IMG/VR virus record: IMGVR_UViG_3300037420_000914
DNA from: an uncultured virus (IMG/VR IMGVR_UViG_3300037420_000914)
Lineage: Duplodnaviria > Heunggongvirae > Uroviricota > Caudoviricetes
Length of the DNA: 64,000 bases
Direction: 5' to 3' (one strand)
Shown: positions 1-8,555 of the stretch, in pieces
Layout of the letters: the number at the start of each line of letters is the position of its first letter
Numbering within the stretch: position 1 is the first letter of the stretch
Made by a program: the position numbers and the translations under genes
Notes under the pieces: model-generated
Database searches by the model: none
Told to the model about the DNA's origin: nothing
Seen by the model: the letters and a program-made list of their open reading frames with translations, nothing else

Positions 1-362
1 CTGCGTTCGTCATCCGCAATCTGGAAGCTAGCGCCGCGGCGATCAAGGAAGCCGAATCGCAGATGGCCGCTCGCAGGAAGGCGCTGGAAAACCGCGCCGC
101 GCGCATCAAGGACTACCTGCTGGCAAACATGATGGTCGCGGGCATCCAGAAGATCGAATGCCCGTTCTTCAAGCTGGCCGTGCGCGAGAACCCGCCTGCC
201 GTGGAAATCTACGAGCCGGGGACCATCCCCGCCGAGTTCATGACGCAGCCGGTCGCGCCGCCTCCTGCACCGAACAAGACCGCCATCGCTGGCGCCCTGA
301 AGGCTGGCATCGAAGTGCCCGGCTGCAAGCTCACGCGCGGCGTGCGCCTCGAGATCAAGTGA
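1..362 (+). CDS. Siphovirus Gp157 family protein (5' truncated by window)
   Basis: RKALENRAARIKDYL...RENPPAVEI...PNKTAIAGALKAGIEVPGCKL pattern; frame open to window start. Confidence 0.85.
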   Translation, partial: AFVIRNLEASAAAIKEAESQMAARRKALENRAARIKDYLLANMMVAGIQKIECPFFKLAVRENPPAVEIYEPGTIPAEFMTQPVAPPPAPNKTAIAGALKAGIEVPGCKLTRGVRLEIK

Positions 363-414
363 TTGGGCGGATTGCGCAATACGGCTGGGTATTGAACGAG
401 AGACGGAGAACCCC

Positions 415-1104
415 ATGAACAACACAGTCCCCATTGAATACGGCGAATTTGTCGGAGAGCCGGTAGAAGTGCCTGCAATGCGAGTGGCGGGAGTGCCGCA
501 GTGGCAGTCGATTGAGACGGCTCCGAAGGATGGCCGCACGATTCTGCTGGGCCATTACAACTCTCACGGCAAGTGGCGCACGTTGCGCGGGCAGTGGTTC
601 TCCGCCGCCACCATTGCGGAAACGTGGGAGGACGACGAGTGCCCCGAAGGGTGGTACGAAACGTCAGTCGAATGCGATGACGATGTAAACGCTTGGTGGA
701 CGGAACCCACGCACTGGAAGCCTCTCGACCCGCCTCCCGGCGCTGCTCCTTCCCCCATCACCGATGCAGTAGCACCCGCTGGGATGGTGGATGTGAACGC
801 GCTGCATCGCGACATCATGAATCTGCCGCTGAAGCCCGGGTGGGCCGGCAATGACTTGGCTCTGTATGCCGAAGGCCACCGTGACGCCCGCCACGCTGCC
901 GCAGAACTCGTGTGCGCCGCTCTCGCTGCCTCACCAGCAGCACCGGCCACCCAGCCAGAAGCCGAGAAGGCAGATGCGGTGGATGCGAAGTCCATTTGGT
1001 GCGAAATCGCCGAAACAGCGCCCTTGTGCGTCATCAAAGGGAAGAAGGGGATTTTCCTTGATGAAGCTGCGTGTGTTCGCTTGGGAACAGCCCTGGAGAT
1101 GTGA
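415..1104 (+). CDS. Mosaic hypothetical protein with DUF551-like domain
   Basis: WQSIETAPKDG...PTHWKPL motif; RBS GGAGA upstream. Confidence 0.7.
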   Translation: MNNTVPIEYGEFVGEPVEVPAMRVAGVPQWQSIETAPKDGRTILLGHYNSHGKWRTLRGQWFSAATIAETWEDDECPEGWYETSVECDDDVNAWWTEPTHWKPLDPPPGAAPSPITDAVAPAGMVDVNALHRDIMNLPLKPGWAGNDLALYAEGHRDARHAAAELVCAALAASPAAPATQPEAEKADAVDAKSIWCEIAETAPLCVIKGKKGIFLDEAACVRLGTALEM

Positions 1105-1331
1105 TGCGAAAACTCACCCTCTATCGCGACGATTCAACGACGCAAGTCGTGTTCGAGAACGTCAAGCACTTCTTCTGGACGGCAGGCAACACCGTCTTGA
1201 CCATCGCGCAAGTCACCAACGCAACGACCGGCGCACACCGCTACATCCATTGGCCGCGTGAACGCTTCTGTTGGTATCGCGACGAAGCCCAAGACGCTGC
1301 CATCGCATCCCAGGAGAAGCAACATGGGTGA
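1104..1331 (+). CDS. Hypothetical protein
   Basis: TGATG coupling to upstream gene, GGAG RBS. Confidence 0.6.
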   Translation: MRKLTLYRDDSTTQVVFENVKHFFWTAGNTVLTIAQVTNATTGAHRYIHWPRERFCWYRDEAQDAAIASQEKQHG

Positions 1332-1590
1332 AATTGTCGAAATGATGCTGGACGGCGACCTGTGCGAGGGCTGTGGCGTCTACATGGGCAGTCCCGGCCA
1401 AGGATTCCCGCGCCGCTGCTCGGATTGCGCGAAAGACGAACGCGCCAGAAAGCATCAGGCCACGCTCGCGCACCACCAGCAGATCAAGAAAGTCCCGTGC
1501 CCAACGTGCGGCCGGAAGGTGAAGGCGATTGGCCTATCCGACCACCAGCGCGACGCGCACGGCGCGAAGGAGAAGCCGAATGCCGATTGA
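1324..1590 (+). CDS. Hypothetical zinc-finger protein
   Basis: CEGC, CSDC, CPTC...HQRDAH motifs; AGGAG RBS. Confidence 0.65.
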   Translation: MGEIVEMMLDGDLCEGCGVYMGSPGQGFPRRCSDCAKDERARKHQATLAHHQQIKKVPCPTCGRKVKAIGLSDHQRDAHGAKEKPNAD

Positions 1591-1810
1591 ACCCACCAAG
1601 CAATACCCGAAATACCGCGTGATTCAGTGGATCGACACGAGCCCGAAGGCAATGCGTCGAAGGCAAGCAACCATCCTCTTTGGCGTACAGGCCCAGACCG
1701 TAAAGGGCGGCAAGTGGATGCACTGCTACGCGAAGAACGAGGCATTGATTTTCAAGTCGCACGACGAGGCGAGTGCTGCCATCGCAAGTATCACAGGGGG
1801 CAAGACATGA
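1580..1810 (+). CDS. Hypothetical protein
   Basis: AAGGAG RBS; overlap coupling in operon. Confidence 0.55.
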   Translation: MPIEPTKQYPKYRVIQWIDTSPKAMRRRQATILFGVQAQTVKGGKWMHCYAKNEALIFKSHDEASAAIASITGGKT

Positions 1811-2004
1811 GCACCACCGAGCCGATGCAGGGGCTGGCGGATGACGACCTGCGCGAACTTGCATATTCGGCGCACGAAGAGGCGATGAGCTTTGGCCTGT
1901 CGCACGAAACGTTCCTGCGCTACTTCAAGACGATCCGCAATCGGGCCTCCGAAGTCGAAGCATCCCGCCAGCGCCCCGCCGCGCAAGCCGCACCCAAGGA
2001 CTGA
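1807..2004 (+). CDS. Hypothetical protein
   Basis: ATGA coupling; operon context. Confidence 0.55.
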   Translation: MSTTEPMQGLADDDLRELAYSAHEEAMSFGLSHETFLRYFKTIRNRASEVEASRQRPAAQAAPKD

Positions 2005-2007
2005 AGC

Positions 2008-2160
2008 ATGAGGCCAATCCTAGACACCGCCATCGCAGTGCTCTACAGCGCTTTCGCGGTCTACAGCGGCGATGCTGTCATCTCATGGGTTGCAGGCTGG
2101 CTTGGAGCCATGTGCGTGATCGGCTGGGGAACTTACTTTGCCGGAAGGACTGAAGCATGA
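2008..2160 (+). CDS. Small hydrophobic membrane protein (50 aa, not in ORF track)
   Basis: Own translation MRPILDTAIAVLYSAFAVYSGDAVISWVAGWLGAMCVIGWGTYFAGRTEA; AAGGA RBS; flanked by 16-bp direct repeats. Confidence 0.6.
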   Translation: MRPILDTAIAVLYSAFAVYSGDAVISWVAGWLGAMCVIGWGTYFAGRTEA

Positions 2161-2987
2161 CCGACACCACCAAACCTCAAACCGACCGCGCCGAGCCGAT
2201 GAATGAGCTTGCGGGATGGTTGCGCGAACGCCGCGACAACGCACGGCACATAGCTGACCTCAGGCAAGGCACCGACCGCAACGGCTGGCTGGAAGATGCC
2301 GCATATTTCGATTGGGCCGTCAAGATCGTCGAGGCATCCCGCCGCGAATCCGAAGTACGCGCATCTAGCGGGAAAGCGGATGGCCTTCCACAGCTTGTCA
2401 TGTGCCCGGCGTGCTTTGCTGAATGCGATCCGAGACAACGCCCCGCCGCGCAAGCCGCGAGCGCGGAATGCATCAGCGTTGAGATGATGGAAGAAGCTGC
2501 GCGTAAGGTCGGCTTCGACCCCATCCCTGGCAGGTTGATACTACTCGCTGGCGTCCTCAATGGAATGCTTGCCGCCACTCCCACAGGAGAGCGCCCCGCC
2601 GCACCAGCACAGGCAGCGGTGACGGATGCGCTGCGAATCGCCGACGCCTTGGAGAGAGCGGCCGGCATCAACGGAAGCTACCACCAGCAAGCGGATTGGC
2701 AACGCTATACCCAACGTGAAGGTGCACGGCTGCTACGCCTTCTCGCCCAAGCATCCCCAGCACAGCCCTCTGGTGTGGATGCGATGCCCACGAGTTGGGA
2801 ACTGTCGTTCGGCTCTGACGATGAGGAAGAGCCCGGCAAGTGGCGTGTGCACCGCCGCCATGGAAGCATCAACGACCGTGAATGGACTCTTCTCGCTGAA
2901 GCCGAAACGCCGAGCGCCGCCATCGCAAAAGCCCTGCGCCCTGACCTGTCCACCGCCCTCACCGGGGCCGCAAAGGAGACGAAATGA
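2157..2987 (+). CDS. Mosaic hypothetical protein
   Basis: 276-aa ORF of short segments joined by Ala/Pro linkers; ATGA coupling at both ends. Confidence 0.65.
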   Translation: MTDTTKPQTDRAEPMNELAGWLRERRDNARHIADLRQGTDRNGWLEDAAYFDWAVKIVEASRRESEVRASSGKADGLPQLVMCPACFAECDPRQRPAAQAASAECISVEMMEEAARKVGFDPIPGRLILLAGVLNGMLAATPTGERPAAPAQAAVTDALRIADALERAAGINGSYHQQADWQRYTQREGARLLRLLAQASPAQPSGVDAMPTSWELSFGSDDEEEPGKWRVHRRHGSINDREWTLLAEAETPSAAIAKALRPDLSTALTGAAKETK

Positions 2988-3244
2988 ACATTTGTCCGAA
3001 CTGTGGGGCGTGGGGCGACGTAGGCGCTGGCCACGCGTGCATCAGCACCGGGGCAGCAGCACAGCCCGCGCAGGAGCCGGTGACGGGCGATGACGATTCG
3101 GATGCGCTAACCATCGCCTACATGCAAGGCTTTTCGGATGGCAAGACAGCAGCCCGCGCCTCCACCCCTTCCTCTCAGGAGAGCGCCGCCGCAGCGTGGA
3201 AAGATGCAGAGGGCGTCGATTCACCTGACGGAGAACAGCGATGA
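2984..3244 (+). CDS. Hypothetical protein
   Basis: AAGGAG RBS, ATGA coupling. Confidence 0.55.
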   Translation: MNICPNCGAWGDVGAGHACISTGAAAQPAQEPVTGDDDSDALTIAYMQGFSDGKTAARASTPSSQESAAAAWKDAEGVDSPDGEQR

Positions 3245-3486
3245 GCGAATGGATTGCCGTTTCAGACGAGCCGCCGCCGCATGAAGAGCCCGTGGTGTAC
3301 GCGCGCCCCAACCCGCGCCGCCCCGGCACATGGCATATCGGCATCGCCTACTGGACCGTGAGCCAGAAGTGGAATCCCGAGGCCGAGTCCACGCAAGCCC
3401 CGCAAGGGTTCACGCACTGGAAGCCGCTGGGCGAGCAGCCGCGAGTTACCCGTCGCGTGCGAACAACTGACGGAGAACAGCGATGA
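3241..3486 (+). CDS. DUF551-like protein
   Basis: MSEWIAVSDEPP...FTHWKPL; flanked by 20-bp direct repeats. Confidence 0.65.
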   Translation: MSEWIAVSDEPPPHEEPVVYARPNPRRPGTWHIGIAYWTVSQKWNPEAESTQAPQGFTHWKPLGEQPRVTRRVRTTDGEQR

Positions 3487-3680
3487 AAGTGCAACATCTG
3501 ATCGGCAAGCTGCGCTACACGCAACAGGAAATGCGCGACACGGCGGCGGCCATGAGGCGCGCCGGCATCGCGGTCGCTCACGCCGACGAATTGGCGGGCG
3601 CGGCCAACATCATCGACTCGTGGATCGAGGGCATCGACGCCGAAGCCGATGCTGGCGTGAAGGGACCGGAACATGGCTGA
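3483..3680 (+). CDS. Hypothetical protein
   Basis: GGAG RBS, ATGA coupling. Confidence 0.55.
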   Translation: MKVQHLIGKLRYTQQEMRDTAAAMRRAGIAVAHADELAGAANIIDSWIEGIDAEADAGVKGPEHG

Positions 3681-4023
3681 CACGCAACCCCTCAGCGTCC
3701 GACTCCACTTCGCGCTTGAGCGTGCGCGGAGAGACGCCACGTTTTTCCGCTTTGAAGGCGGTGGCCAGTTCGGCACTTGGCAAGAGGCGAGGCAGGATGA
3801 CCACCGCGCCACCCCGTTCTACACCGCCCACGATGTCAAGAAGATCGTGGAAGACGTATGTGGCGAGAAACCGTCCGAATGCCGTTGGCCGACGAAACCG
3901 TTGGGGATGGTGCAAGTCACTCTGCCTGACGGAACCAGCGCAGCTCTACCGCCTGAGCGGGCCTACTTCGATGCGTGGGCAATGCAGGAGTTGGAGAACA
4001 ACCTGAAGCACATTGCTGGCGTG
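3673..4023 (+). repeat. 351-bp direct repeat, copy A (copy B at 61041-61391)
   Basis: Direct comparison; one synonymous difference seen (3813 C vs 61181 A). Confidence 0.95.
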
Positions 4024-4044
4024 GAGGTGCGAGATGGCCTTTGA
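3673..4044 (+). CDS. Hypothetical protein (copy 1 of duplicated cassette)
   Basis: First 117 aa identical to 61041..61478. Confidence 0.7.
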   Translation: MADTQPLSVRLHFALERARRDATFFRFEGGGQFGTWQEARQDDHRATPFYTAHDVKKIVEDVCGEKPSECRWPTKPLGMVQVTLPDGTSAALPPERAYFDAWAMQELENNLKHIAGVEVRDGL

Positions 4045-4453
4045 GCACTACCGCGAACACGAGGTCTACGAGAACGCAGGCGCGCTGCAGCTCGCGCACG
4101 GCACGCTCAACGGAAAGCGGCTCGTTTGGGTCGGCTCGGACGGCGTGCGCGGGAGATGGCTCACGCTGGCCGAATTTCGTCAGCTCGTGCAGGACGTCAT
4201 GGACTTTGCCGGGCGCATCGGGCCGGACGATGCTGGCGTGCAGCCGTCTGCGCCCGACCTGCTGCGACGCGTGCGCGACGCGCTGTGGAGCGAGCACCTG
4301 ACCGGGCTGCCGCTGCTTGAGGCAGTTCGCAATGGGTTCATCAGCGAACTGGATGCGGCAATCGGATCACGCATCGACGGACACCCAGTTGGCCTGCCTG
4401 ACCGTGTGACCGCTGCTGATCCCCAACGTAACGAAGGAGGCCAGCATGGCTGA
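4034..4453 (+). CDS. Hypothetical protein
   Basis: GGAGGT RBS before ATG 4034. Confidence 0.6.
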   Translation: MAFEHYREHEVYENAGALQLAHGTLNGKRLVWVGSDGVRGRWLTLAEFRQLVQDVMDFAGRIGPDDAGVQPSAPDLLRRVRDALWSEHLTGLPLLEAVRNGFISELDAAIGSRIDGHPVGLPDRVTAADPQRNEGGQHG

Positions 4454-5069
4454 CCGCCCGACACCTGAATTTCTGCGTGAGTGCTTCGAGTGCCGTGATG
4501 GTGTTCTGTATTGGAGGGAGCGGCCCGCAAGCCACTTTATGAAGCACGCCGATCAGTTGGCCTTCAACACCAAGACGGCCGGAAAGAAGGCTGGGAAGCT
4601 CGGCGCCAAAGGCTATATGACTGTGGGTTTGCGAATCAATGGCAAAGCTATCAGCATGGCGGCGCATCGAGTGGTTTGGGCCATACACCATGGGAGGTGG
4701 CCCGAGATGCACATCGACCACATCAATCGCGTGCGAAATGACAACCGCATTGAGAACCTGCGCGATGTGACTCCAGCGGAAAACAACAGGAATGCCGCTA
4801 ACAAGCGCGTCTATCCTTATGTCGCTCCGCATACGAATGGCGGCGGCAGGTTTGCTGCGCAGGTAAAGATAGGAGCGCGCGACATTCATATCGGCGTGTT
4901 CGACTCCGCAGAAGAAGCGAACGCGCACCGGCTGAATGTCTGCGCCGAACTGGAAGTTCTCGCGCGCAGCCTCGCCAAGAAATCGAAGATCGGCGGGCCT
5001 AGCAGATCGTTCGGCAACACGCTTCCCCCCTCAGACGCTGATGCAGCAGCGAAGAAAGGAACCCCATGA
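4446..5069 (+). CDS. HNH homing endonuclease with AP2-like C-terminal domain
   Basis: AHRVVWAIHHG...IDHINRVRNDNRIENLR; FAAQVKIG...HIGVFDSAEEA. Confidence 0.88.
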   Translation: MADRPTPEFLRECFECRDGVLYWRERPASHFMKHADQLAFNTKTAGKKAGKLGAKGYMTVGLRINGKAISMAAHRVVWAIHHGRWPEMHIDHINRVRNDNRIENLRDVTPAENNRNAANKRVYPYVAPHTNGGGRFAAQVKIGARDIHIGVFDSAEEANAHRLNVCAELEVLARSLAKKSKIGGPSRSFGNTLPPSDADAAAKKGTP

Positions 5070-5428
5070 CGATCGATGAGCTTGAAGCAATCGCACAGGC
5101 GGCCACTCCGGGACCGTGGCACTGGAATTTCGACGCGAAGGGCTATCCCGGCCGCGTGGGCAAGACCGTGCCCTGCGAGCCGGTCGAGCACTGCGGATAT
5201 GACTCGCACTGCATCGCGCTTACCTATGACGGAAACGAGCGATTCGATTCGCGGGCCAACGCCGAGCACATCGCAGCGTTCTCCCCTGCCCGAGTGCTCC
5301 CCATGCTGGAGATCGTCAGGGCCGCGAAGCACGTCGCCTATTCCAACGGCTTCGACGCAGCGTTGCCTGACAAGCAGGAGCGCCTTCGCACCGCCCTTGC
5401 CGCATTCGATGAACTGGAGGGAAAGTAG
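5066..5428 (+). CDS. Ead/Ea22-like protein
   Basis: LEAIAQAATPGPW...ANAEHIAAFSP motif. Confidence 0.65.
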   Translation: MTIDELEAIAQAATPGPWHWNFDAKGYPGRVGKTVPCEPVEHCGYDSHCIALTYDGNERFDSRANAEHIAAFSPARVLPMLEIVRAAKHVAYSNGFDAALPDKQERLRTALAAFDELEGK

Positions 5429-5662
5429 ATGGCTGATGTGAACGACGATATGCCATGCGGTCGCTGCGACGTTGGCATCTATAGCTACGCCGCCGCAACG
5501 ACCGCTCTGGCTCACGCACTCGCGCAGCAAAGTCCGCATGCCCGGCGGCCCCCTCGCTGCAAGTCACTGGACCGGGACTGCGTTGGTGCCTGCCACTTCA
5601 TCACTGCATTGAACGCAGATCCGGATGGCTTCCAGCGCATCAAATCGGAGATCGAGGCATGA
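5429..5662 (+). CDS. Hypothetical protein
   Basis: GGAGG RBS; operon packing. Confidence 0.45.
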   Translation: MADVNDDMPCGRCDVGIYSYAAATTALAHALAQQSPHARRPPRCKSLDRDCVGACHFITALNADPDGFQRIKSEIEA

Positions 5663-6150
5663 CCACATCCCCCGACAAGCTGCTGTCTATCGCAAGAGAA
5701 AGCGGAGGCGCGGTTCACGACATGGGCCGTGGCCTGTACGCCGTTACCTTCGGAGAAGTGTCGCTGCCGGAATTTGTCGAGCGCATACGCCCCGAACAAC
5801 AAGAACTGATCGACCGGCTGCGGCTGGAAGCGCAGACCCACGCGCAGGAGGCCCGCACCCAGCGGGCGACCGTGCATGAAATCTATCGGCTCGTCACCGG
5901 AGGGACCGGCGAGCCAGGCGACTGGAATGGGGCCGAGCCCGTGCGGCGGGCATTCGAGCGCATCCGCCAGGACGAGCGGGAGAAGGTGCGCGAGCTTCTG
6001 ACCGAAGCGGTCGATTTCTGGCAGACCTACTCCTCGATGAGCGAGCAGTACCAGGATGACATGGCCGCCGAGCGCAACGCCATGCTCGAAAAGATGGAGG
6101 ACGCCATTCGCTCTATCAGCACCAGCGAGAGTGAAGATGACACCCACTGA
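5659..6150 (+). CDS. Hypothetical protein
   Basis: ATGA coupling; 163 aa. Confidence 0.6.
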   Translation: MTTSPDKLLSIARESGGAVHDMGRGLYAVTFGEVSLPEFVERIRPEQQELIDRLRLEAQTHAQEARTQRATVHEIYRLVTGGTGEPGDWNGAEPVRRAFERIRQDEREKVRELLTEAVDFWQTYSSMSEQYQDDMAAERNAMLEKMEDAIRSISTSESEDDTH

Positions 6151-6475
6151 TGCACAGCGAGAGGGGATTGCACCATGCCCATTCTGCGGAGGGCACGCCT
6201 CTGTCGATGAGGACACGCCGCTGATGGTGACGGTGGAATGCGATGACTGTATGGTGACCACTTGGACTTATGGCGATGCACACGAAGCCATCGCCGCATG
6301 GAACCGTCGCGCATCCCCCGACGAACACCTGCTGCGACAGGCGGCAGAGGCGCTGGAGGATGTCGTCGGCTGGGTGCCGGGAAGCAACTGGCACGCCGAT
6401 GCACCGCTGGAATCTGTGAAGCGTGCTCGCAAGATCGCCGCCGCGCTGCGTCAGCGCATGGGAGGCACAAAGTGA
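6137..6475 (+). CDS. Lar-like (restriction alleviation family) zinc-ribbon protein
   Basis: PCPFCGG...ECDDC...AIAAWNRR motif. Confidence 0.65.
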   Translation: MTPTDAQREGIAPCPFCGGHASVDEDTPLMVTVECDDCMVTTWTYGDAHEAIAAWNRRASPDEHLLRQAAEALEDVVGWVPGSNWHADAPLESVKRARKIAAALRQRMGGTK

Positions 6476-6774
6476 GCGAAGTGATGGAGCTTGAAGGCGG
6501 GCGCATCGCCGTGGACTGCTTCCGCTGCAAAGGCTGCGGCGAGGCGGACGCCAGCGGCTTTGCCTGCCCGTCCTGCGGCGGGAAGGGCTATTTCGTCCAC
6601 AAGAAGCCGACCCGCGACTACGAGGCGGAAGGCGCGCGGGCCTATGCGGCAGGCAAGAGAATTGGCGCGAATCCGTATCGCTACGGCTGGCCGATGCACG
6701 GTTGGACGCTGGGCTGGATCAACGCGCGGGATCTCTCGCGCACTCCCCCGCAGGACTCCGGGAGCAGCAAATGA
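6472..6774 (+). CDS. Hypothetical zinc-finger protein
   Basis: CFRCKGCG...CPSCGGKG; GGAGG RBS; GTG start. Confidence 0.55.
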   Translation: MSEVMELEGGRIAVDCFRCKGCGEADASGFACPSCGGKGYFVHKKPTRDYEAEGARAYAAGKRIGANPYRYGWPMHGWTLGWINARDLSRTPPQDSGSSK

Positions 6775-7151
6775 GCGAAGCACCGAAGCGAATCCAACTC
6801 AGTCGGGCGAAGGGCTGGCGCATGCCGGAAAACACCGTCAGCGTCGCGCGTCCCGGCTTCTGGGGAAACCCGTTCTATGTGTCGAAGTGGCGTGACGCAG
6901 CAACCTGTGTAGCCCTGTTCCGAAACGCCATGCGCGGTGTCTGGAATCCTGCTACCAGCGCGCATTGCCCAACGGTCTGGAATGGCTATGGCGAGCATCA
7001 AGGCTGGTTGTTCAAGTTGGGCAACCACCCGATGGACATGGTGGGTCAGCTGCGCGGAAAGAACCTGGCCTGCTGGTGCAAGCTGGGCGAGCCGTGCCAC
7101 GCGGACGTGCTGCTCGAACTTGCGAATGCGGACTCCGTGAGCAAGGAATAG
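6771..7151 (+). CDS. DUF4326 family protein
   Basis: PKRIQLSRAKGWRMP...WGNPF...LRGKNLACWC...PCHADVLLELAN. Confidence 0.85.
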   Translation: MSEAPKRIQLSRAKGWRMPENTVSVARPGFWGNPFYVSKWRDAATCVALFRNAMRGVWNPATSAHCPTVWNGYGEHQGWLFKLGNHPMDMVGQLRGKNLACWCKLGEPCHADVLLELANADSVSKE

Positions 7152-7157
7152 GCAGGA

Positions 7158-7388
7158 ATGAGCAGTAACGGGAACGACGCGCCGCTGTTTCTGGACGATG
7201 CCGAACTGGTCGCCCTGACCGGCCGGAAGCTCAAGAGCAAGCAGGTCGAATGGCTGCGGCACAATGGCATCGCCTTCAGGGTCAACGCCACTGGGCATCC
7301 TGTCGTCACGCGCTCCGCAGTGGAAAGCCGCGAGACTACGACGCCTGCACCCATTCGCGGCTGGACACCGAGGGTGATCGGAGCATGA
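7158..7388 (+). CDS. DUF4224 family putative excisionase
   Basis: FLDDAELVALTG...KQVEWLRHNGIAFRVNATGHPVV, directly upstream of integrase. Confidence 0.8.
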   Translation: MSSNGNDAPLFLDDAELVALTGRKLKSKQVEWLRHNGIAFRVNATGHPVVTRSAVESRETTTPAPIRGWTPRVIGA

Positions 7389-8554
7389 GCATGGGTCGCA
7401 AGCCGACTCGCTGGCTGAACCTGCCGAAGGGCATGCGTGCGCGCCCGCGAGGCAACAAGGTCTTCTACTACCTGGACACGGGCGCCAAGCCGCGCAAGGA
7501 GATCCCGCTTGGCAGCGACTACGGTGTTGCCGTCCAGAAGTGGGCTGACCTCACCAGCAAGCCCGCGCCAGCACCGGACGCGCCGAACACGTTCCTCGAT
7601 GCCGTCGACGGCCGCGGCATGGTGAAGGGATACCGCAAGGACGTCATCCCGAAGAAGGCGCCACGCACGCAGCAGGACAACGAGACCGAGCTCGAGTGGC
7701 TGCTGAAGTTCTTCGGAGATCCGCCGGCACCGCTGGAAAGCATAGAACCGGTGCACATCCAGCAGTACATGGACTGGCGCGTGCAAGCCGCGCGCGATCT
7801 AGCGGATAAGAAGAACGCCGAACGACGCCGCGATGGGCGCCCCGAGCAGCCGATCGATCCCGACATCGGCCAGGTGCGCGCGAACCGCGAGAAGGCCCTG
7901 TTCTCGCACATCTGGAACTACGCCAGGCGCAAGGGCCTGACCAAGGATTCGAACCCCTGCGCGGGCATCAAAGGCTTCAGCGAGGATGGCCGCGACGTCG
8001 TGCCAGATGCTGAGCTCGTCGCGCGCGTGCAGAAGGAAGCTGACACGCCGCTACAGTTCGCGATGCGCCTTGCGGACATCGTGGGCCAGCGCCCGGCCGA
8101 TGTGCTGCGCGTGAGCGAGACCGACATCGATGGCCAGATCCCCGGGGGCGTGCTGAAGGTGCGCCAGGGCAAGACCCAGACGAAGCTGCGCATAGTGATT
8201 GAGGGGGCGCTGGCCGATCTGCTGCTCGAGATCCGCGAATACAAGCGCGCCATCGCAAAAGAGCGCGCCGAGGCCGACAGGCCAGCCGTGCACACGCTGA
8301 AACTGCTGGTGCGCGAGGACGGCCAGCCGCTGACTGGCGGGATGCTGCGCTCGCGCTTCGATGACGCACGCGAGCGCGCCGGCGTGCAGAAGGACCTCTT
8401 CCAGTTCCGGGACTACCGCGCCAAGGTCGCGACCGAGGTGGATGAGGCGGAAGGCACCCGAGCTGCCCAAGCACTACTGGGCCACACGACCGAGTCCATG
8501 ACGGTCACGTACATCCGCCACAAGGTTGGCCGGAAGGTGCGCTCAAGGAAATGA
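7385..8554 (+). CDS. int: Tyrosine integrase
   Basis: GQRPAD, QGKT, FRDYRAK, LLGH, TYIR catalytic motifs; adjacent to tRNA-derived att core. Confidence 0.93.
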   Translation: MSMGRKPTRWLNLPKGMRARPRGNKVFYYLDTGAKPRKEIPLGSDYGVAVQKWADLTSKPAPAPDAPNTFLDAVDGRGMVKGYRKDVIPKKAPRTQQDNETELEWLLKFFGDPPAPLESIEPVHIQQYMDWRVQAARDLADKKNAERRRDGRPEQPIDPDIGQVRANREKALFSHIWNYARRKGLTKDSNPCAGIKGFSEDGRDVVPDAELVARVQKEADTPLQFAMRLADIVGQRPADVLRVSETDIDGQIPGGVLKVRQGKTQTKLRIVIEGALADLLLEIREYKRAIAKERAEADRPAVHTLKLLVREDGQPLTGGMLRSRFDDARERAGVQKDLFQFRDYRAKVATEVDEAEGTRAAQALLGHTTESMTVTYIRHKVGRKVRSRK

Positions 8555-8555
8555 A

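Noticed and set aside
3651..3659. GCTGGCGTG as a Chi site
   Set aside because: Only resembles E. coli Chi (GCTGGTGG); the host Chi is unknown, and Chi would not explain the strict reading frame or exact breakpoints
1996..4433. CRISPR array or integron attC array
   Set aside because: Repeats come in different pairs at irregular gene-sized spacing, lack attC palindromes, and no cas or intI gene was recognised
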